A stretch of 64,000 nt of DNA. Source: Salpingoeca rosetta. Its lineage: Eukaryota > Protista > Choanoflagellata. Both the position numbers and the translations under genes were made by a program. Below are positions 56,074 through 64,000 of this stretch, one piece after another. Where the stretch lies: positions 2,569,144 to 2,633,143 of the forward strand of contig JAWQFM010000002.1 in NCBI GenBank assembly GCA_033442325.1, given 5' to 3'. A model generated the notes under the pieces. It searched no databases. It was given only the letters and a program-made list of their open reading frames with translations, and was not told the origin of the DNA. The stretch's first letter is position 1. Each line of letters opens with the position of its first letter.

Positions 56074-57943
56074 CATGTGCGTCCCCCCCCCCGCCACACA
56101 CACACCACCACCACCACCATCCACACTCATTGAGGCATGCACGACGAAGAGCATTGGCACGCGACTCACCTCCTTCAAGTCGTCAAACTCCAACAACTGC
56201 AGTCCACACTCCATCCCCTTGGCCGCAGTTCCTATGTCATCCTTGCCCTGCTTCAGACTCGCCGCCCGCCCTGCCCATAGTGGGTGGTGGTGGTGGTGGT
56301 GGTGGTGGTGGCGGTGGTGGTGACGCAGAGCGGTGTGCTAGGAAGGTGAGTTTGAGTGTGGAGGAGGATCAAAACGTTTGCGCTTGCAGAATGTGCGACA
56401 TACGACTCGGCAAGCAAGCCACCGCTGACCTTCGAAGATGAGGTTGTTCTTGCGGAACACACGGAACACGCCCTTCCGCACCATTGATCCTTTCGTCACG
56501 CGCAGGCCAGCTGAGATGTACGCACATGTGGTGTGTGAATAAACAAATGGCAAGATGTACAGCACCACACGGTGTACAACTGTACATGCACACATGCACA
56601 CATGCACACATGCACACATACACACACATATGCACACAAATGCGGTGCACTTTGTGACTGCAGCGGGAGAACAACGCACCGACAATGGCAGACTTGCGGC
56701 CCGTGAGTTTGAAGACCTGCAACACCTGCGCTGTGCCCGTGCTGTTGAGCTGCACCGTCTGTGGAAGCAGAGACGCCATCCGCTCTTGCAAATCGTCCAG
56801 CAGCTTGTAGATGACACTGGTAGCGGTGGTGAGCAGTGGTTGTGAGCAATGGTGGTGATGGTGGGGAGGAAGAGGAGTGCCCACACACGGAAAGGCAACA
56901 GATCCACAGAAGCAAACGTCGACACATCGTGAACAAACACCGCGTCTCTTCCCGCCGCCACCACAGCAGGGATGGACACCTGTGTGCCATGTAGTGCAGG
57001 CCTGCACTCTCGACCATGCGTGCCTCTGCCTTGGACTCGCCGATGCCAAACGTGACCAGGTCCGCTGGTGGGGGAGTGAGGGTGGTGATGGAGAGATGAG
57101 TGGAGTGAGTGGTGATTAGTGAGGTGAGCAGGGGCAAGAAGAAGTGAGTGGGTGGAGTTGAGAAGAAGGGAGATGGTAATAACAGCACAGAGATTTCTCA
57201 GAAGACTGCCAGCGAGAGTGGAGACGCCAAGTGACCACAACCACCATCACGCCCAGTGCAGCGTACTCCACGGTGAACTGAATACTCACCGTTGAACGAC
57301 TTTGCCAGCTCAACATCTGACTCCGTGATGGGACCGACGCCCAAGCGCACGACAGCACACTCGACTGCACATCCGCATTGGTGTTGTGTGTGTATGGTTA
57401 TGAAAGTGAGTGTGAGGGAGGTCGTGGTGATGAGCAGTGAAAAGTGTTGTGTGACACGCTCGCACCATTCAAGCGCACGCAAGCACCACCTGCAACCACC
57501 ACTACTCTTGCACACGCCAGACACGGCAGCGAGCGTACCTTTGTTCTGTGGAAGGCCATTGATGAGCTCCAAAACAGCCTCTGTTGTCCCCTGCACGTCC
57601 GTCTTCACGACAACGGAGTACACGGGGATGTCAGATGCATTCGCATCCGCCTGTTCGCGCGATTTTGGGGGGGGGGTGAGGCGACGAGGTTGTGGATGTG
57701 AGCTGAACACACACGCTGATGGCGCGTGAAGTCAAGAATACAGGGCATGTGAGGGCACGATCACACACGTGCGCGCGCAAACTTGCGTGGCTCATCATCA
57801 CATGGGGGCAGCGTTCACCATCTCTTACCTCCTTGACTCGCGGCACAAACACGCGGCGGCGTCGGCGTCGGCGCGGCTGCTGCTGCAGCAGCAGTTCTCG
57901 TTCTTCCTGCTCCTGTTTCCGGCGCTCCTGTACGCGCGCGCGC

Positions 57944-57985
<42 letters not shown>

Positions 57986-60570
57986 TTGTGGAAGGGGGAG
58001 GGAGAGTGTGTGTAAGCGAGAGAGGGTGCATGTAAGCGAGAGAGAGAGTGTGTGTGTGTGTGCGAAGTCGACGCTCAAGTACAACATACAACAGGGGCAA
58101 GCGTGAGCGACAGACGGCAGGTGCATGTGCAAGGGGGCGGGTGAGCTCACGTCGACAATTTCCTTGACGGAATCAAGTTCCTCCAAGGATTTGATGTTCT
58201 CATTTTCTTCCGCCAGACGCCGTGCCGCCTTCTGCTCTCAATCCACAGACAGTCAAGGTTGGACAAAGGAGGGGGGGGGGCGGTTACAGGAAGGTGGGGT
58301 TGTGTTCTGTGTGTGTGTCTGTGTGTGTGTGTGTGTGTGTGTGTCTGTGTCTGTGTCTGTGTCTGTGTGTGTGTCTGTGTCTGTGTCTGTGTCTGTGTCT
58401 GTGTCTGTGTCTGTGTGTTCAAGGTGGTTCAGCTTGGATCTGACTGCTTCTACATGTGTGTGTTCGTGATGGCGCAGGTGGCGCTTCTGCCAGTCCCTGT
58501 CATGTCATCGCACCTCGTTCTTGACGACTTGGAATGCGGAGCCAACATCCGGCAGCTCCTTCCATCCCATCACTTCAACAGCAGTGGACGGCGGGGCCGT
58601 TTTCACACCTGACACATCCAAACGCGATCGCCACAGAAAGACAAACAAAACATCGTCAACACACATGGAACAAAGACAGGTCGTGCAACGATTTGTGAAA
58701 ATGTGAGATACGCGGCTGTTGTTGAGGATGATGATGTTTGAGCTGTCAGCACATTCTCACACAAGCACACACACACACACTCACACACACACACACACAC
58801 TCACACACACACTCTCTCTCTCACACACGCGCACACACACACGCGCGCGCGCGCACAAGCACACACACGTGCGTACACACGTGCACAAGAGAACGTGATT
58901 GACCCAATCTCACGTTTGCCAGCGTCGTCCGTGAGGGCTTTGATTCGACCGAAAACCGTGTCCGCACACACGAAATCGCCAACTTTGAGCGTTCCGTCGC
59001 GAACGACAACAGTGGCGAGTTGCCTGCAGGCAATGAACAAAGAACACGTGCAGTTGTGCAATTGCAAGTGCGCGCATGTCAACGTCAGACCATATGAGTT
59101 CAAGAGATGCATGCGCAGGCATAAGCACGAAAGTAGACAACGTGCACGGTGTGTGTGTGTGTGTGTGCGCGCGCATACTATGCTCCAGCAGCCCACCAAC
59201 CCTTTGTGCTTGTCGGTCCTGCTCTCAATGACAACGCCAGTAGCAGGCGCAGTCCTGTTGCGTGCACGCACACACACACACACGCACACACACACACGCA
59301 CACGCACACACACACACACACGCACGCACGCACACGCACGCACACGCACACAGACACACGAACACATCACGTGCACGTCACAGGAGTGGATGTAGGTGAG
59401 GAAGGTGACGGGTGCACAGCGAAGGGAGGAGAGCAGAAGACAGAGAAAAGGAGACACTGTGTGTGTGTGGGTGGGTGTGTATGTGTGTGTATGTGTGTGT
59501 GTGAGTGTGTGTGAGTGTGTGTGTGTGTGTGTATGTGTGTGTGTGAGTGTGTGTGAGTGTGTGTATGTGTGTGTGTGCACGTACGGTGAAGCTGTGAGTT
59601 CGGCCATTTCCGCCTGCAGAATAATCGCTTCCTTCAGTTCATCAAGATGCAGCCGCTGTACGCAGAGCAGAGGGGACGGGTGTTGCGTGGTACACAATGC
59701 ATGTTTGAATTTGCGCACGCGAGAGAGAGGGAGAGACACACAGAGACAGAAAGACTGTCAATACTCAGGCGTCCACACATATGCAAAGGCAAGCGTGCAT
59801 CGCAACTCACGTGCAGCGCCGACACTTCCACTGCTTGCACGTCTCCGCCAAACTCTTCCAACCTGAAAACACGCGGACATGCACACACATATGGATGTGA
59901 CAACGAATGTGATAACGTATTTGTGTCTGTCCAACGCACACAGGTGTATTGATACGCTTGTGTATGAGTGTATGAGTGTGCGCGCGCGCGTATGTGTATG
60001 TGTGTGTGTGTGAGTGTGTGGGTGTGGGTGAGCGTGTTTGTTTGCTTGTTTGTTTGTGTATGAGTGCGCGTGTGCGCAACTGACGAGAGGTCGTGTTGCA
60101 TGAGCTCCTGCTTAACGCGTTCGGGCTCGGCGTTGTCGCGGTCGCACTTGTTGATGGCAACGACAACCGGCACTGCAAGCAGGCAGGATGGAAGGAGGCA
60201 GACAGAGAGGGAGACGGATAGAGCGAGAAATAATGCAAACTGTGAGCAGCTGCTGGGTGCACACACACCACAACGTGCAAGGTGTGTTGGGATGCACAGA
60301 GTACTTCACACACACACGCACACACACGCACGCACACACACGCACACGCACACACACACGCACACAACCGACCAAGCAGTGAGGTTCGTACCATTTGCGG
60401 CCTTTGCGTGTCGAATGGACTCGAGGGTCTGGGGCATCACGCCGTCATCAGCAGCGACGACGAGCACAATCATATCCGTTGCACTCGCGCCGCGTGCCCG
60501 CATGGCCGTGAACGCCTCGTGGCCAGGCGTGTCCAGGAACGTAATCGTGTTGCCTTTCGTCAGCGGCACT
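55873..60570 (-). CDS. MTIF2: Mitochondrial translation initiation factor 2 (IF2/infB family), 5'-truncated as assembled
   Basis: [40 protein letters not shown] (G3); VAINKCD (G4); VEVSAL (G5); [13 protein letters not shown]; [12 protein letters not shown]; [10 protein letters not shown]; VIYKLLDD; GMECGL. No G1/G2 or N-terminal exons found before the COMMD3 stop. Confidence 0.9.
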
Positions 60571-60577
60571 GCGCCCA

Positions 60578-60722
<145 letters not shown>

Positions 60723-61077
60723 CCGCCACCTTGTCTGTCTGTCTGCTCGCTTGCTTGCTTTTGAATACACGCTTCATCCCCCACACATATGCACGCGCTG
60801 AAGCTGTGTAACAAACGCCCCATGTGCAATGACGATGATAGAGAGGACAGAGAGGACAGAGAGGGCAGGACGAAGAGGAAAGAGAGAGAGAGAGAGAGAG
60901 AAAAGATAGCAGAGAGGGGGAAGGCAGGGATGGCGCAGAGAAAGAAAGAGAGAGAGAGAGCGCGCGTGGAGAGAGGGAGAGAGAGAGAGATGTGAAGCTC
61001 ACACACGCACACACACACACGCACACACGCACACACACACCTTCAAATCACACATAAACACTTACAACATACAAAAG

Positions 61078-62709
<1,632 letters not shown>

Positions 62710-62779
62710 CGTCGTCTTTGCGGTTGCGGAAATTTGTTGCTTTTCTTTCGCCATTTCTCTTCAATCGCAGCAGTCAGCG
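62710..62779. promoter_or_regulatory. Very short head-to-head intergenic region (COMMD3/SYMPK); probable bidirectional promoter or overlapping 5' UTRs
   Basis: Only 70 bp between the two homology-supported ATGs (62709 on -, 62780 on +). Confidence 0.65.
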
Positions 62780-63291
62780 ATGTCGGACGTGCACACCCAG
62801 GTTTGGTTCAGTGCCTTGCCTGACTGAGCACGGTTGAGCGTGGTGTTTGTCTTGCTTGGTACTACTTGTTCTTAGTTGCTGTGGGCTGAGTCTTGCTGGT
62901 TGCTGGTTGAGTGCTACTTCTTGCTGGTTGGCTGCTGCCTGTTTGTTGTTGTTGCTGCTGTTGCCGCTATCGCCGTGTTGCTGTTGTTCACAGCGCGGTC
63001 ACTGATGCCGCCTTTGTGGCTTTGGTTCTTGCTCAGGTGGTTGCGCTCTTGAACGAGCTGCACGCCAGCACACGAAAGGTTGATAAAGTCAACCGCCTGC
63101 GCGATGTGGAGGAGTTTGTCGTGCGAAAGGACCCGGGCCTCTTGGACAGCTTCTTCGACGAGCTGATCCAGACCCAAACAGATGCAGAGCCAGCCGTCAG
63201 AGTTCAACTCATCAGTTTGCTCGAAGCAGCCTGGTCAGTGACGTATGCGTATGCGTGTCTGAGTTCTTGTGTGTGCGTGCGTGTGTGTGTG

Positions 63292-63336
<45 letters not shown>

Positions 63337-64000
63337 TTTTATCCTTTTTATCCTTTTGTGTGTCTGTCTTTCTATCCGCTTGTGTCAGTGTCGCCCTTCC
63401 GCCAAACCTTACCACGCTTGCCTCGCCCGCCACGCTGAAACCCATCCATAGTCTCCAAGATACGGCCATCATTGCACGGGCCCTGCCGACCCTTGAGTAC
63501 TTGCTTGCAGACGAGACACCTGTGGTCGTGAAGCGGGCCGTGCGCTGCTGCGCCAACATCACCCGCCAATGCTTTGCCCAAGCTGCGCCCCACGGCATCA
63601 ACCGGCATCCAAGTCACGAGGTGTGTGTGTGTGTGTGTGTGTGTGTGCGTATATGCCTGCGTATATGCCTGCGTCTGTGTTTTGCCTGGTCTGTCTGTCT
63701 CTCTGTCTCCCTGTCTCTCCGTCTCCCTGTCTCTCTGTGTGTTGACACGTTTGTGTGCTGCTCTTTGCTTCGCCTCACCTATTCCTCCATTCCATGGACC
63801 CCCCGCCCCCCGCTCACCTCACCACCACCACTATGGCAGGCGGCGTGGGCTGCTTGCATCAAGCTCAAGGCACAGGTGCTGGCGCTGCGTGCAGACAAGA
63901 ACCCGGGCGTGAGCAGTCACGTGTTTCACTTTATGGAGACACTTGTGCTGCTGTTCTCCTATCGCACGCGCGGCAGTGTGGGCACCCAGCAGACGGATGC
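62780..64000 (+). CDS. SYMPK: Symplekin N-terminal region (runs off window)
   Basis: MSDVHTQ|VVALLNE...VEEFVVRKDPGLLDSFFDELI...VRVQLISLLEAA|C...LLADETPVVVKRAV...|AAWAAC...NPGVSSHVFHFMETLV, matching the symplekin N-terminal HEAT domain. Confidence 0.88.

Noticed and set aside
55873-60570. Bacterial infB acquired by horizontal transfer, or contamination
   Set aside because: Many spliceosomal introns in host style; bacterial similarity is expected for nuclear-encoded mitochondrial IF2.

Overview
This is intron-rich eukaryotic genomic DNA, GC-rich and full of (GT)n/(CA)n microsatellites. Gene content and style suggest a choanoflagellate, probably Salpingoeca rosetta or a relative; that is an inference and I did no database check. 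Most entries in the ORF track are microsatellite artefacts (CVCV/HTHT). Splicing exons by hand gives 15 genes in nearly alternating orientation: the 3' end of a Pro/Gln-rich gene (+), KIF6 (-), a dermatopontin/HAAF-repeat + sushi/CCP membrane protein (+), PES1 (-), a 73-aa NDUFA3-like microprotein missing from the ORF track (+), a C19orf47-like SAM protein (-), DPH6 with Rid domains (+), a Pins/LGN-type TPR protein ending in an SH3 instead of GoLoco motifs (-), GRAMD4 (+), SEC23 (-), RSPH9 (+), an ATP10-like P4-ATPase (+), mitochondrial IF2 lacking its 5' end (-), COMMD3 (-) and the start of symplekin (+). Highlights: (1) a membrane-anchored double-dermatopontin/triple-sushi protein in a microsatellite-free island, whose best gene model has a single-nucleotide exon (G at 7061), supported by intron-position homology with the second domain; (2) the Pins/LGN TPR-SH3 architecture; (3) polarised GT/CA repeats in introns, where many acceptors lack a polypyrimidine tract; (4) the headless IF2 gene; (5) very tight head-to-head gene pairs, down to 70 bp between ATGs. 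Homology calls come from remembered family motifs and need confirmation by search.
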